64,000 nt of DNA, from positions 4,774,001 through 4,838,000 of the forward strand of contig NC_090404.1 in the NCBI RefSeq assembly GCF_036365525.1, in the 5' to 3' direction. This stretch comes from Heterodontus francisci. Lineage: Eukaryota. The notes beneath the pieces were generated by a model. That model searched no databases and was not told the DNA's origin. It was given only the letters and a program-made list of their open reading frames with translations. Below are positions 25,501 through 39,547 of this stretch, in pieces. The position numbers were made by a program, and so were the translations under genes. Each line of letters opens with the position of its first letter. Positions within the stretch are counted from its first letter, which is position 1.

Positions 25501-28500
25501 ATCATAGAGCTATGCAGGAAAAAAAACAGGCCCTTCGGCCCATTGTGTCTTTCCATTCATCAAGCACCTAACTATTCTAATCCCATTTTCCAGCCATTGG
25601 CTCAGAGCTTTGTATACTATGGCGTTTCAGGTGCTCATCTATATACTTCTTGCTGTGAGGGTTCCTGCCTCTACCACCTCTTCAGGCAGTGCATTCTAGA
25701 TTCCAACCACTCTCTGGGTGAAAATGTTTTCCTCAAATCCACTCTAAACCTCCTGCACCTTCCCTTAAATCTATGCCCCCTGGTTATTGACCGCTCGGCT
25801 AAGGGAAAATGTTTCTTCCTATCTAACCTATCAATGCTCCTCATAATTTTGTATCCCTCAATCATATCTCCCCTCACACTTCTCTGCTCTAAGGAAAACA
25901 ACAGTAGCCTTTTCAGTCTCACTTCACAGCTGAAATGCTCCAGCCCAAGCAGCATCCTGGTGAATCTTCCCAGCACCCTCTCCAGTGCAATCACATCCTA
26001 CCTATCGTGTGGTGCCCAGAACTGTGCCCAGTACTCTAGCTGTGGCCTAACTAGCATTTTATACAGCTGAATAATAACCTCCCTGCTCTGAAATTCTATG
26101 CCTCGGCTCATGAAGGCAAGTATCCCAGATGCTTTCCTAACCACCTTATCTACCTGTGCTGCTGCCTTCAGTGATCTATGGACAAGTACACCAAGGTCCC
26201 TCTGACCCAAAATGCATCACATCACACGTCTCAGGATTAAATTCCATTTGCCAAACCTCCACCCATCTTGCCAGCCTATCAACATCGTCCTGCAATCTGA
26301 GGCTTTCCTCCTCAGTATTTATGACACCACCAATTTTCGTGTCATCTGCGAACCTACTTACCATACCTCCTATGTTCACGTCTAAATCATTAATGTACAC
26401 TAAAAACAGCAAGGGTCGCAGCAACAATCCCTGTGGTACACCACTGGTCACAGGCTTCCACCCACAAAAACAACCCTCGACCATCACCCTCTGCCTCCTG
26501 CCACTGAGCCCATTTTGGATCCAATTTGCCAAATTGCCTTGGATCCCATGGGCTCTTAGCTTCTTGACCAATCTCCCATGTAGGACCTTATCAAAAGTCT
26601 AACTGAAGTCCATAAATACTACATCAACTACTTGACTTTCATCCACACATTTCATCACCGACTCAAAAAATTCAATCAAGTTAGTCAGACACGATCTCCC
26701 CCTGACAAAGCAATGCTGACTATCCCTGATTAATCACTGCCTCTCCAATTGGAGATTAATCCTGTCCCTCAGAGATTTTTCCAATAGTTTCCCAACCAAT
26801 GATGTTAGACTCACTGGCCTGTAATAACCTGGTTTATCCCTGCGACACTTCTTAAATAATGGTACCACATTCGCTGTCCTCCAATCTTCTGGTACCTCTC
26901 CTGTGGCCAGAGAGGATTTGAAACTTTGTGTCAGAGCCCCTGCTATCTCCTCCCTTGCCTCACATAACAGCCTGTGATACATCTCATCTGGGCCTGGGGA
27001 TTTATACAGTTTTCAGCCCGATATAACTGCAAATACGTCTTCCCTTTCAATGCTAATATGTTCAAGTATATCACAATCCCCCTCCCTGATCTCTACATCT
27101 ACATCGTCCTTCTCCATAGTGAACACAGATGAAAAGTAATCATTTAAAACCTCACCTATGTTCTCCGTCTCCACACACAGATTGCCACTTTGGTCCCTAA
27201 TGTGTCCTACTCTTTCCCTGGTTATCCCCTTGCCTTTAATATACTTGCAAAACGCCTTCGGATTTTCCTTTATCACGCCTGCCAGTGTTTTTTCATGTCC
27301 CCTCTTCGCTCTCCTAATAACTTATTTAAGTAACCCCCTACAATTTCTATACTCCTCTAGTGCCTCCACTGTTTTCAGCACACTGAATATGCCATAAGTC
27401 TACGTTTTTTTACTGATCCAATCCTCTATATCCCTTAACATCCAGGGTTCCCTGAACTTGTTGGTTCTACCCTTCACCTTCCTGGGTACATGTTGGCTCT
27501 GAACTCTCACTATTTCCTCTTTGAATGACTCCCACTGATCTGATGTCGACTTTCCTACAAGTAGCTGCTCTCAGTCCACTTTGGCCAGATCATGTTTTAT
27601 CATCCGAAAATCGGCCTTCTCCCAATTCAGTACCTTTATTTTCCGTCCATCTTTGTCCTTTTCCATAACTACCTTAAATCTTGCAGAGTTATGGACACTA
27701 TCCCCGAAATGTTCCCCCACTGACACTTCTACCACTTGTCCGACTTCATTCCCTAGGATTAGGTCCAGTACTGCCCCTTCTCTTGTTTGGACTATCTACG
27801 TACTGGCTCAAAAAGCTCTCCTGTATGCATTTTAAGAATTCCGCCCCCTTTAAGCTATTTGCACTGAGACGATCCCAGTTGATATAGGGGAAGTTGAAAT
27901 TCCCTGCTATTATTACCCTATTATTTATACATCTCTCTGAGGTTTGCCTACATATCGGCTCCTCTATCTCTCCCTGACTATTTGGAGGCCTGTAGTACAC
28001 TCCCAGCCAAGTGATTGCCCCCTTTGTATTTTTAAGTTCTACCCATTTGAGGAACCTTTTACATATCATCCCTCCTTATTGCAATAATTGACTCCTTGAT
28101 CAACAGTGCAAGGCCAACTCCTCTTTTACACCCTCCCCTACCATGCCTGAAGATTCAATACCCTCGGATACTGAACTGCCAGCACTGCCCTTCCCTCAAC
28201 CATGACCCTGTGACAGCAATAATACCATATTCCCAAGTGCTAATCAACACCCTCAATTCATCTGCCTTACTTGTAACACTCCTTGCATGAAAATAAATTC
28301 AATCCAGCCTTGCATCTTGCACTTGTGCCTTAACAGGTCTATATTTGCTCTGCCTTCCAGAATGACTCAGTTTATATCTATGACTGTGCATCACCCTCTA
28401 CCATACCTCCACTCAGTATCCCATCCCCCTGCCAAGTTAGTTTAAACCCCCCACCCCCACACCCTCCAACAGCACGTGCAAACCTCCCAGCAAGGATGTT

Positions 28501-28825
28501 GGCCTGTTCCGGTTCAGGTGCAACCCGTCCAACTTGTACAGGTCCCAAATTTGCCGGAAAAAGACCCAGTGATCCAGGAAACTAAAGCCTTCCCTCCTGC
28601 ACCACCTCCTCAGCCACGCATTCATCTGCTCTGTCCTTCCAATCCTATGCTCACTCGCACGTGGCACCGGGAGTAATCCAGGTATTACAACCTTTGAGAT
28701 CCTGCATTTTAATCTGCTTCCCAGCTCACTAAATTCTTGTTGCAGGACCTCATCCCTCTTTTCACCTATGTCGTTGGTCCCAAAGTATACTACGACCTCT
28801 GACTGTTCCCCTCCCCTTTCAGAAT
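25500..28825 (-). mobile_element. Near-full-length degenerate CR1 LINE (ORF1 esterase part, endonuclease, RT)
   Basis: GTNDIG/DGLHLN SGNH motifs, GVYYRPPNS, RFADDTK, RPQLEY; possible AATAT target duplication. Confidence 0.9.
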
Positions 28826-29219
28826 ATGAATTAGTAAACTTTGACACAACACAGTGTGTCACTAAGTAATGTAAAGCGCAGTGCACTATGCTCACCTTCA
28901 GTCCTGTCCCTCAATCCAGGTTCATCTCTGGGAGACTGTTGCAGGTTTCAACCCATCCTTTCAACACCAATATTACCCACATAATACAGAGCAATTAGAA
29001 ATTGAACACAGCTGCTGATAATTATTCACAAAACTAAACGTATTTTTCCAACGAAAAATGATTAAATCCTCACACACAAATGTATATCTTGATATGTATT
29101 AATATATATGACGGTCACTGTCGTCCCATCGAGCTATATGTCTGTCTATCTCCCAATCTATCTGTCCGTCTGTCTCGCTTTATGGCTAGCTAGCGATCAA
29201 GCTATTTGTGTGGCTATTT

Positions 29220-29228
29220 GTCTATCTG

Positions 29229-29279
<51 letters not shown>

Positions 29280-29330
29280 GTCTGTCTATCTATCTATCTA
29301 TCTATCTATCTAGCTGTCTATCTATCTATC
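29220..29330. repeat. (TATC)n microsatellite
   Basis: Visible tandem repeat. Confidence 0.95.
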
Positions 29331-31271
29331 TTTGTAAGAGATGTTTTACAGTGCAGCAATAAATAAGATAGGACCTGGTGTAATATAAAAAGAGACAGGA
29401 GAGAATGCAGTCTTGACTGAGACAGGGCTGTGGGTAATACAATTTGAGACTGGGCCTTGTGCAGTAATAACTGAGACATTGCCGAGTGTAAAATAACCAG
29501 ATACATGGTCTAGCCGAGTAATAATCTGGACATGTTCTAGTGTAATGTAAGCAAGGACTGGGGGCAGCCTAGTGGAATATAAACCAAAACAAGGTCATTT
29601 AAATAAAAAGTATGTGAGGGCCTTGTGTAATGTAACCAGACACATGTTCTCGAGTAATAGAGATATCAACAGTCAATTTTATTGTAAACAGAAACACCAG
29701 TTAATATAGCAAGAACTGAGAGAGGGCCAAGTGAAGCTAGTAACGCTGCATGACCTCAAATAAAATAAACTAAGAGAGATTTTTACTTCAAAATCCTTCC
29801 TAATAGCAGTGTGGGTGTACCTACTCCACAGGGACTGCAGCGGTTCAAGAAAGCAGCTCACTGTCACCTTCTCAAAGGCAATTATGGATAGGCAATTAAT
29901 GCTGGCCTGGCCAGCGACACCCACAACCCATTAAACGAATAAATAAAATAGACTTTCACTGCCATCCGCTGGCCAGATATTGCCATTGCTCCTACTGTGA
30001 AAATGTCAATGTCGCTTACTGTTTCTGTCGTAATGTATCAAGAAACAACTCAACTAATTCCAGATGAACGTGGCCGATTTGTGCCTCGAAACATCAGGAA
30101 CAGTGCAAAGCGGTTGAATTCCAGTTTATGTATTTTTGTTGATCTTGGTTCAAGGGAGGAGTGTTGACCAGGACACAGTGTGGAACTATGGGACTTTTAA
30201 TGTCCACCTCAACAAAAAAGGGGTGGGGGAGAGATTATTGTTTCAAAATGTCCCTGGAATGATATTGCCCTTTCATTAATGGACCCATTGGAAGCCTGGT
30301 TAATATACTCAGTTTCTGAAGCTGACATGGAATCCACAAATTACTGATTCTGAAATCAGAGTCAAGTTGTGTTACCCAAGTTGCTGCTGAAATGTTTCCT
30401 GTGTCCAGGTGACATTTTATATCAACATTGGTTAATACCATTGCTGTTACACTTCCGTATACTGATATCACAAATAGCAACTTCTGGATTACAATTACAA
30501 AACTTTTGATTGATACAATTGAAATTCATTGAATCAAGGACTCTGACAGCACAGAAGTGTGGCTGCTTGAAAGAGCTATCCAATCAGTTCCATTCTCCTG
30601 GTCTTTCTCCAAAGTCCTGAAAATCTTTCCTTTTCATGTAATTATACAATACACTTTTGAAAGTTACAATTTTAAGTGGTTACACCAACCTTTCAGGTCA
30701 TTCATTCCAGCTGATAACTCGCTGAACTTTTAAATAAAACTCCTCATCTTCTCCCTTCTTCATTGACCATTGATTCTAAATCTGTGTCCTCTCGTTATCA
30801 ACATTCCTGCCAGTGGAAACTTTGTCATGGATGTTTTTCCGTGCGATTTGTGTGGTTTGGAACGGAGAAATGATTGTTCGAATGAGTGAGTTCACAGGAT
30901 TCAGTATTTCACCTTCTTCCTCAACACCTGAGGCCAAGAAGTTAGATGTTGATGTAGTGTAGCTGATATCAGCATCACCTGACACGGGAAAGGTCCCTGG
31001 TCACTTGGGAAACATTTCATTCAGTTTGTGACAGGATGTTGCTGGTTTATAAACAGTAATGTAAACTATTATCATTCGCCTGACAGATGAGCTGTCTTGT
31101 GATAAAAGCAGAAAGCGCTGCAAATACTCAGCAGGTCTGGCAGCATCTGTGGAGAGAGTAGCAGTGCTAAATTTTCAGGTCTGTGACCTTAACTCAGAAC
31201 ACAGATCAGCACTTTCTATTTTCATTTCAGACTTCCATCATCAGCAGTTTTTCCTTTTATTGAACGCTTGC

Positions 31272-31342
31272 TTCCCTGGTCAGGAAACAAACCCGGCCGT
31301 GGCGGCAGGAACTCCCAATTCTAACCACTAGACCATCAAGGA
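31272..31342 (-). pseudogene. tRNA-Glu pseudogene
   Basis: TCCTTGATGGTCTAGTGGTTAGAATT...GGGTTTGTTTCCTGACCAGGGAA aligns with vertebrate tRNA-Glu; anticodon arm and T-loop degenerate. Confidence 0.75.
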
Positions 31343-32149
31343 ACAGGACCTGCGAGCTCCGGAGCCATTGTTGATATAATTGAAGGTATCGGTGTTAATT
31401 TCTTAATTTAATTTGTGCTGGATGCAAAACCATTTCATAACGCTGCTGCTTCCAGATCTATTTAAATGTGTCTGTATATTTCGTTCACGTTTCGAGTCAG
31501 TCTGTCTTCAATCTGAAAGTAATTTCTGCCTGTTTATTTCCCTCTTACTTTTCATTTAGACCTAAATATTATCACGGTCTTGTGTTTTATTTCTCTCTTT
31601 GGGAAATATTGTGCTGTTCCTTTAGGACTGTAAAAGATCAGTGCAACTTTCAGGCAGTAAGTTCCGGAGGGTCAGTGAGCCAGGGTGCATTCCGATTGCC
31701 AAACAGCAGCCACAGAGAAAGAGAGGACACGAGATTCAATGTTACAGGTTAGACTTTTAAAATTAGCCGAACAACTGTCAGAAGCGGAGCTCTGAGACAA
31801 TTTAAACTGAAAAAAACTGTGTTATTTCTCTCTCAAAATTCTACAAAGCGTCATGCCGAATTAATTCGACAAAAAATAAGAAAAGGCTTCTTCTTTCACA
31901 ACAAGTTATCTGCTGTGTTCATTGCTGGAAAAAAAAGAAGAGGTTAATGCAACAACTGCCGAACTGCTGAACCTTTATATTTGAGGTATCCTTTTTCTCA
32001 TGGGACCATGGAAGTCTGCAAGTGAACTTTGACTGTAGTGTATTGGAAGACCAGTCATCAGAATCGTAACTTACAGAGACTTGTTTATTTGTTCTATTTC
32101 TGAGAGGAAGATACACTTACAAATCAACAATCTTTTAAAACAGAGTTTC

Positions 32150-34690
32150 TAGAATCATAGAGTGATAGAGCACAGAAGCAGGCTATTCGGCCCATCCTGT
32201 CCATGCTGGCCATCAAGCACCTATCCATTCTAATCCTATTTACCACCATATGGCCCATAGCCTTGTATGCTATGGCGTTTCAAGTGCTCATCAAAATACT
32301 TCGCAAATGTTGTGAGGGTTCATGCCTCCACCAAAATTTCAGGCACTGTGTTCCAGATTCCAACCACACTCTGGGTGGTTTGTTTTCCTCAAATCCCATC
32401 TAAGCCTCCTGCCCCTTATCTTTAATCAATGCCCACTGGTTATTGACACCTCTGCTGAGGGAAATCGTTTCTTCCTATCTACCCAAACTATGCCCCTCAT
32501 AATTTTCTACCCCTCAATCAGGTCCCCCCTCAGACTTCCCTGCGCTTAGGAAAACAACCCTAGCCTATCCACTCTCTCTTCACTGCTCAAATGTTCCAGC
32601 CCAGGCAACATCCTGGTGAGCCTCCTCTGCACCCTCTCCAGAGCAATCACATCTTTCCGATAGTGTGGCGACCAGAAGTGCACAGAGTACTCCAGCTATG
32701 GCCGAAATAGTGTTTTGTACATCTCCATCATAACTTCCCTGCTCTTATATTCTATGCCTCGCATAATATAGGCAAATATCCCAAATGCCTTCCTAACCAC
32801 CTTATCTACCTGTGCAGCTGCCTTCAGTCTTCAGTGATACATGGACAAGTCCGCCAAGGCCCTTGTGACTCTCTCTACTTCCGAGGGACCTGCGACACAT
32901 TGCATATTCTCCTGCCTTGTTAGTCCTCCCAAAATGCATCTCAGGATTAAATTATATTTGCCACTGCTCCGCACATCTTATCAGCCCATATATATCGTCC
33001 TGTAATCTAATGCTATCCTCCTCACTATTTACAACACCACCAATTTTCGTGTCATCTACAAATTTACTGATCATACCTCCTATATTCACGTCTAAATCAT
33101 TAATGTACACCACAAACAGCAAGGGTCCCAGCCCCGATTCCTGTGGTACACCACTGGTCACAGGCTCCCAATCGCAAAAACAATCCGCAACCACCACTCT
33201 CTGCCTCTTGTCACTAAGCCAATCTTGGATCCAATTTGCCAAATTATCCTGGATCCCATGGTCTCTTATCTTCTTTCCCAATCTCCCTTCGGGACCTTAT
33301 CAAAAGCCTTACTGAAGCCCATGTAGACTACATCAACTGCTTTACCCTCATCGACACACCTAGTGACCTCCTAGAAAAATTCAATCAAATTTGTTAGACA
33401 CAATCTCCCTCTGACAAATCCATGCTGACTATCCCTTATTAATCACTGCCTCTCCAAGTGTAGTTTAATCCTGTACATCAGAACACTTTCCAAACGTTTC
33501 CCAACGACTGGTGATGGACTCATTTGCTTGAAAGCAACTAGTTTATCCCTTCTTTCCTTCTAGAATAATGATACCTCATTCACTGTCCCCCAGTCCTCTG
33601 GCACTTCTCCTGTGGCCAGAGAGGTTTTGAAAATTTGTGTCAGAGCCCCAGTAATCTCCTCACTTGTCTCACAAATCAGCCTGGGATACAGCTCATCTGG
33701 GTCTGGGGATTTATCCACTTTTAAGCCCACGAAAACCATTCATACCTCCTCCCTTTCAATGCTAATTTGTTCAAGTATATCACAATCCCCTTCCTGATCT
33801 TTTCACCTACATCGTCCTTTTCCAATGTGAACACAGATGGAAAGTAATCATCTAAAACCTCACCTACATCTTCCAGCTCCACACAAAGATTGCTGCTTTG
33901 GTCCTTAATGGGCACTACTTGTTCCCTGATTATTCTCTTGCCATAAATATACTTATAAAACGCTTTGGGATTTTCCTTTATCTTGCCCACCCGTGTGTTT
34001 TTCATGCCGCCTCTTCCCTCTCAAATTTTTTTTTCACTACACCCCGACACTTCCTCTCATCCTCGAGGGCCTCCACAGCATTCAGCTCTCTGAATATGCC
34101 GTAGGGCTCCTTTTGTTTTCCTTATTCAATCCTCTATATCACTTGACATCTTGGGTTCCCTAGACTTATTGGTCCCGCCCTTTACCTTTACTAGAATATG
34201 TTGGCTCTGAACTCTCACTATTTCCTTTTTGAATGACTCTGATATATACTTTTCTGAAAGTAGCTGATCCCAGTCCAATTTGACCAGGTCCTGTTTTATA
34301 ATATTTGAAAGCGGCCTTCCCCCAATTCAGTACCATTATTTCCGGTCCATCTTTGTCCTTTTCCATAACTACCTTAAATCTTACAGAGTCCTATCCCCGA
34401 AATGCTTCCCCACTGACGCTTCTACCACTTTTCCGGCTTCATTTTCGAAGCGCAGATCCTGTATGGCCCCTTCTCTTGGAGGACGTTCTACGTGCTGGCT
34501 AACAAAGATCTCACAGATGCACTTTAAGAATTACGCCCCCTTTAAACCTTTTTCACTGAGACTATCTCAGCTAATATTGTGGAAGTTGAAATACCCTACT
34601 ATTATTACCCTATTATTTTTACACCTCTCTGAGATTTGCTGACATATCTGCTCCGTTACCTCTCCGTGGCTGTTTGGAGGCCTGGAGTGC
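32150..34690 (-). mobile_element. CR1 LINE ORF2 remnant
   Basis: KIKENPKAFYKY, GVPQESGLGP, KFVDDTK. Confidence 0.9.
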
Positions 34691-34869
34691 AGTTGGGGGT
34701 ACTCATTCAAGGAATGCACAAAATTAATATGTAAGTGCAGCAGGCGATTAGGAAGGCAAATGGAATGTCGGCCTTTATTACAAGGGGGTCGAAATACAGA
34801 AAGAAAGAAGTCTTACTGAAACACTGTCTGCATTTTTGGTCTCCACATTTAAGAAAGGAATTTTTTATT

Positions 34870-36230
34870 CGTTACAAAGGATGTGGGCGTCGCTGGCCAG
34901 GCCAGCATTTATTGCCCATCCCTAATTGCCCTTGAGAAGGTGGTGGTGAGATGCCTTCTTCAACCGCGGGTAGGAACGCACAGTGCTCTTAGGAAGGGAG
35001 TTCCAGGTTTTGATGCAGTGACAGTGAAGGAACAGCGATCTGGTTCGAAGTCAGGGTGGTGTGTGGCTTGGAGGGGATCTTGCAGGTGGTGGTGTTCCCA
35101 ACCATTGCTGCCCTTGTCCTTCAAGTTGGTAGAGGTCGCGGCTTTGGAACGTGCTGTCGAATGAGCCTTGCTGCATTGCTGCAATGCATCTTGTAGATGG
35201 CACACATTGCTGCCACTGTGCGTCGGTGGTGAAGCGAGTGAATGTTTCCGGATGGGGTACCAATCAAGCCGGTTGCTTTGTCCTTGATGGTGTCCAGTTT
35301 CTTGAATGTTGTTGGAGCTACATCCATCCAGGCAAGTGGAGAGTACTCCCTCACAATCCTGACTTGTGCCTTGCAGATGGCAGACAGGCTTTGGGGAGTC
35401 AGGAGGTCAGTTACTCGCCACAGGATGCCTAGCCTCTGACCTGCATTTGTAGTCATGGCTACTCCTGTATGTTTCTGATCAATGTTCACCCTCAGGATGT
35501 TGATAGTGGGGGATTCGGCGATCATAATGCCATTGAATGACAAGGGGAGATGGTTAGATTCTCTTTTGATGAAGATGGTCATTGCCTGGCACGTCGGTGG
35601 TGCGAACGTTGCTTGCCACTTATCAGTCCTCACTGGATATTGTCCAGGTCTGGCTGTATTAATACACGGGATGCTTCAGTATATGAGGAGTTGCGAATGG
35701 TGCTGAATATTGTGTAATCATCAGCGAACATCCCCACTTCTGACCTTATGATTGAAGGAAGGTCATTGATGCAGCAGCTTAAGATGGTTGGGCCAAGGAC
35801 ACTACGCTGAGGAACTCCTGCAACGATGTCCTGCAGCTGAGAATTTTGACCTCCAACAACCACAGCCATCGTCTTTTGCACTAGGTATGAGTCCAACCAG
35901 TGGAAAAGCTTCCCCCTGATTCTCATTGATTCCAGTTTTACTAGGGCTCCTTGGAGTCGTTCTCGGTCAAATGTTGCCTTGATGTCAAGGGCAATCACTC
36001 TCACCTCACCTCGAGAGTACAGCTCTTTTTTCCATGTTTGAACCAAGGCTGTAATGAGGTCTGGAACTGAGTGGCCCTGGCGGAACTCAAACTGAGCGTC
36101 ACTGAGCAGGTTATTGCTGAGCAACTGCCGCTTGATGGCACTGTCGGGGTCACCTTCCATCACTTTACTGATCATCGAGAGTGGACTGATGGTGCAGTAA
36201 TTGGCCAGCTTGGTTTTGCCTTGCCTTTTG
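34870..36230 (-). mobile_element. Second-family CR1/L2-group LINE RT remnant (another copy at 52400-53500)
   Basis: LDIKATFDR, GVPQRSVLGP, MFADD, KAQVRIVREYSP. Confidence 0.8.
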
Positions 36231-37090
36231 GGCAGGCGGTGTCGTAGAGGCATTGTCAATGCACTAGTAATCCAGAAACGCAGGGTATTCCCTTAAGGGA
36301 AGGAGTTCGAATCCCACCATGGCAGAAATTGGACTAAAAGCAAAATACTGCGGATGCTCGAAATCTGAAATAAAAACAAGAAATGCTGGAACCACTCAGC
36401 AGGTCGGGCAGCATCTGTGGAGAGAGAAGCAGAGTTAACGTTAAGGGACACTGACTATGATGAGAGGTTGAGTAAATTGGCCGATATTCTCTGGAGTTTA
36501 GAAGAATGAGAGGTCTTCTAATTGCCAGGGTAGAAGCTGAGAGATGGTTTTCATTGGTCAGGGAATGCAGAAAACTGGGACACAGCCTTAGGATAAGGGG
36601 CCAATCATTCAGGCGTCAGATGAGGAGAAATTACTACACTCAAAGCTTTGTGAATGTTTGGAATTCTCTACCATAGAGGGTTGTGGATGCTCCACTATTG
36701 CATACATTTAAGGTTGGGATAGATAGTTGTTTGGCTTCGCAATGATTCAAAGGGTATGGGGAGTGGTAGGAAAGTGGCGTTGAAGCCCAAGATCAGCCAT
36801 GATCATTTTAAATGGCGGAGCAGTCTCGATGGACCAGATGATCTACTTCTGCTCCTATTGCTTGTGTTCTTGTGGGAGCTCCCTTGGGCAGTGGTATTTG
36901 GCAAATAACCCTCTGGCTGGGTAATCCTTTGCAAGTTTCGATTGGATGCTGCTTTAATGCAACTGATGCACTTAAAACTTGCCTCCTCCCAACTGAATAG
37001 AATTCCTCAAGTGTTGTTGTCGAGAGTTGTCGTCATTTGCAATTTCAGTGAGGTCTTTGTTTCACAGCAGAGGCTGTTTATCGGTGTGAC

Positions 37091-37106
37091 AGCGCCCTCT
37101 GGTGAG
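37091..37106 (-). promoter_or_regulatory. CTCF-like motif
   Basis: Minus strand CTCACCAGAGGGCGCT matches the CTCF core consensus. Confidence 0.55.
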
Positions 37107-37144
37107 CACTAATCGGAACTCTCATTCTGGAGTTTTTGACGAGA

Positions 37145-39520
37145 ACATCGGAGCAGGAGCAGGCCACACAGCCAATCGAGCCGACTCCGCCATTCAACAC
37201 GATCTTGGCAGATCATCCACTTCAACGACTTTTCCCACGCTATCTCCCCTTTATGCCATTGACGTCTAGAAATCATGTTAATGATTGCTTTAAATATCCT
37301 CATTGACTGAGTTTCCACAAACCTATGGGGGAGAGAATGCCAAAGATTCACAACCCTCTGAGTAATGACATTTCTCCTCATCTCTGCCTGAAGTGGTTTC
37401 ACCCTTATTTTGAGATTGTGCCCCCTGGTTCTAGATCCCCCAACAAGGGGAAACATCTTACCTGCATCTACCCTGTCTATCCCCTTAAGTATTTTGTAGG
37501 TTACAATGAGATCATCTCTCATTCTTCGAAACTCTAGAGAATACAGGCCCAGGTTCCCCACTCTCTTTTCAGAAGGCAGTCCTGCCATCCCGGGAGCAAG
37601 CCTGGTGAGCCTCGTTGCACTCTCTCTTTGGTAATAATATCCTTCCTCAGTAAGGGAACCAAAACGGCACACAATCCTGCAGGTGCTGTTTAACCGAGGT
37701 TCTGTACAATTGAAGCCAGACTTCACCAGTCCCGTACTCAAAACCTCTTGCAAAAAAATCTAACATATCATCAGCCTTCCTAATTGCTTGTTGCACCTGC
37801 ATGTTCGCTTTCAATGACTTATTGACGAGGACACCCAGGTCTCTTTCACATCTGCTTTTATTTTAGAGATACAGCACTGAAACAGGCCCTTCGGCCCACC
37901 GAGTCTGTGCCGATCATCAACCACCCATTTATACTAATGCTACACTAATCCCATATTTCTACCTCATCCCCACCTGTCCCTATATTTCCCGACAACCTAC
38001 CTACACTAGGGGCAATTGCTAATGGCCAATTTACCTGTCAACCTGCAAGTCTTTGGCATGTGGGAGGAAACCGGAGCATCCGGAGGAAACCCACGCAAAC
38101 ACAGGGAGAACTTGCAAACTCCACACAGGCAGTACCCAGAATTGAACCCGGGTCGCTGGAGCTGTGAGGCTGCGGTGCTAACCACTGCATTATTTAATCT
38201 CTTACTATTTAAGAAATACTCTGCCCATCTATTCCTCCTAGCAAAGTGAATAACCTCACATTTTTCCACATTATGTCCATCTGCCACGTTCTTGCCCACT
38301 CACTAGGTCTCTCCAAATCCCCTTGAAGCCGCTTTGCATCTTCCTCACAACAGACATTCCCGTCTAGTTTTGTGTCATCCACGAACATTGAAATATTACA
38401 TTTGGTTCCCATATCTAAATCATTGACATATATTGTGAACAGCTGGAGCCTAAATACTGATCCTCGTTTTCCCTCACCAGTCACAGCCTGCTAATGCGAG
38501 AATTACCCATTTATTACTACTCTCTGCTTTCAGCCTGCTAACAGATCCTTAAACTACTCCAGTATATATTACCTCCTATCGCATGTGCTTTCATTTTGCT
38601 GACCAACCTCCTGTGGGGGACTTTATCAAAACGTTCTGAAAATCCAAGTATACTACGTCCATTGACTCTCCTTCATCACTTCTGTTAGTAATATCGTCGA
38701 AAAGCTTCTAAAGTTTCGTCAAACATGATTTCCCATTCATAAAACCATGTTTACTATGCACAGTCTGATCATTATTATCCAAGTGTCCACTTATTACATC
38801 CGTTACAATACATTCTAGCATTTCCCTGGCACTGATGTAAGACTAACAGGTCCGTACTTCCCTGTTTTCTCTCTCCCTCCCTTCTTAAATTGTGGGGTGA
38901 CATTTCTCACCTTCCAATTTGCCGGAACCGTTCCAGAATCTATAGAATTTTGGAATATGATCACCAACACTTCCACTATCTCATTGTTTCCGCTTTTAAA
39001 ACACTGAGATACGAACGTAGGAATTCGGAGCAGGAGTAGGCCACTCAGCCCCTCGAACCTGCTACACCATCCAATACGTTCATGGCTGAACTGATTATTC
39101 CACATTACCACCTACCCCCGATCATCTTTCACCCCCTTGCTTATCAAGAAGCTATCTACCTCCGCCTTAAACATATTAAAAGACTCTGCTTCCATTGTCT
39201 TCTGAGGAAGAGAGTTCCAAAGACCCACGACCCTCTGAGAGAACTGGGATGAGAGAGGGATATACAATATCAGGTCCCATGGACTTATCAGCATTTAGCC
39301 CTATTAATTTCTCCAATACAACCTTCTTCCTAACACCAAATTCCTTCAATTACTCATTCTCCCTAGTCCCTTGAATCTCTAAAGCTGGGAGATTAATTAT
39401 ACCTTCCTCAGTGAAGACTGACACAAAGTAAACATTTAGCTTCTCTACCATTTCTCTATTCCCCACTTTAAATTCACTTGAATCTGCCTGTAATGGACCC
39501 ACATTAGCCTTAGCCTAACG
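37145..39520 (-). mobile_element. CR1 LINE remnant with nested SINE (37860-38188) and nested CR1 tail (39010-39245)
   Basis: YGPVSLTS, MFVDDTK, LYSLEFRRMRDDLI. Confidence 0.85.
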
Positions 39521-39547
39521 AGTACCATGCATCCCTGAAGTACTGCG

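Noticed and set aside
25363-26070. 235-aa plus-strand ORF
   Set aside because: Mostly the antisense frame of a CR1 3' end.
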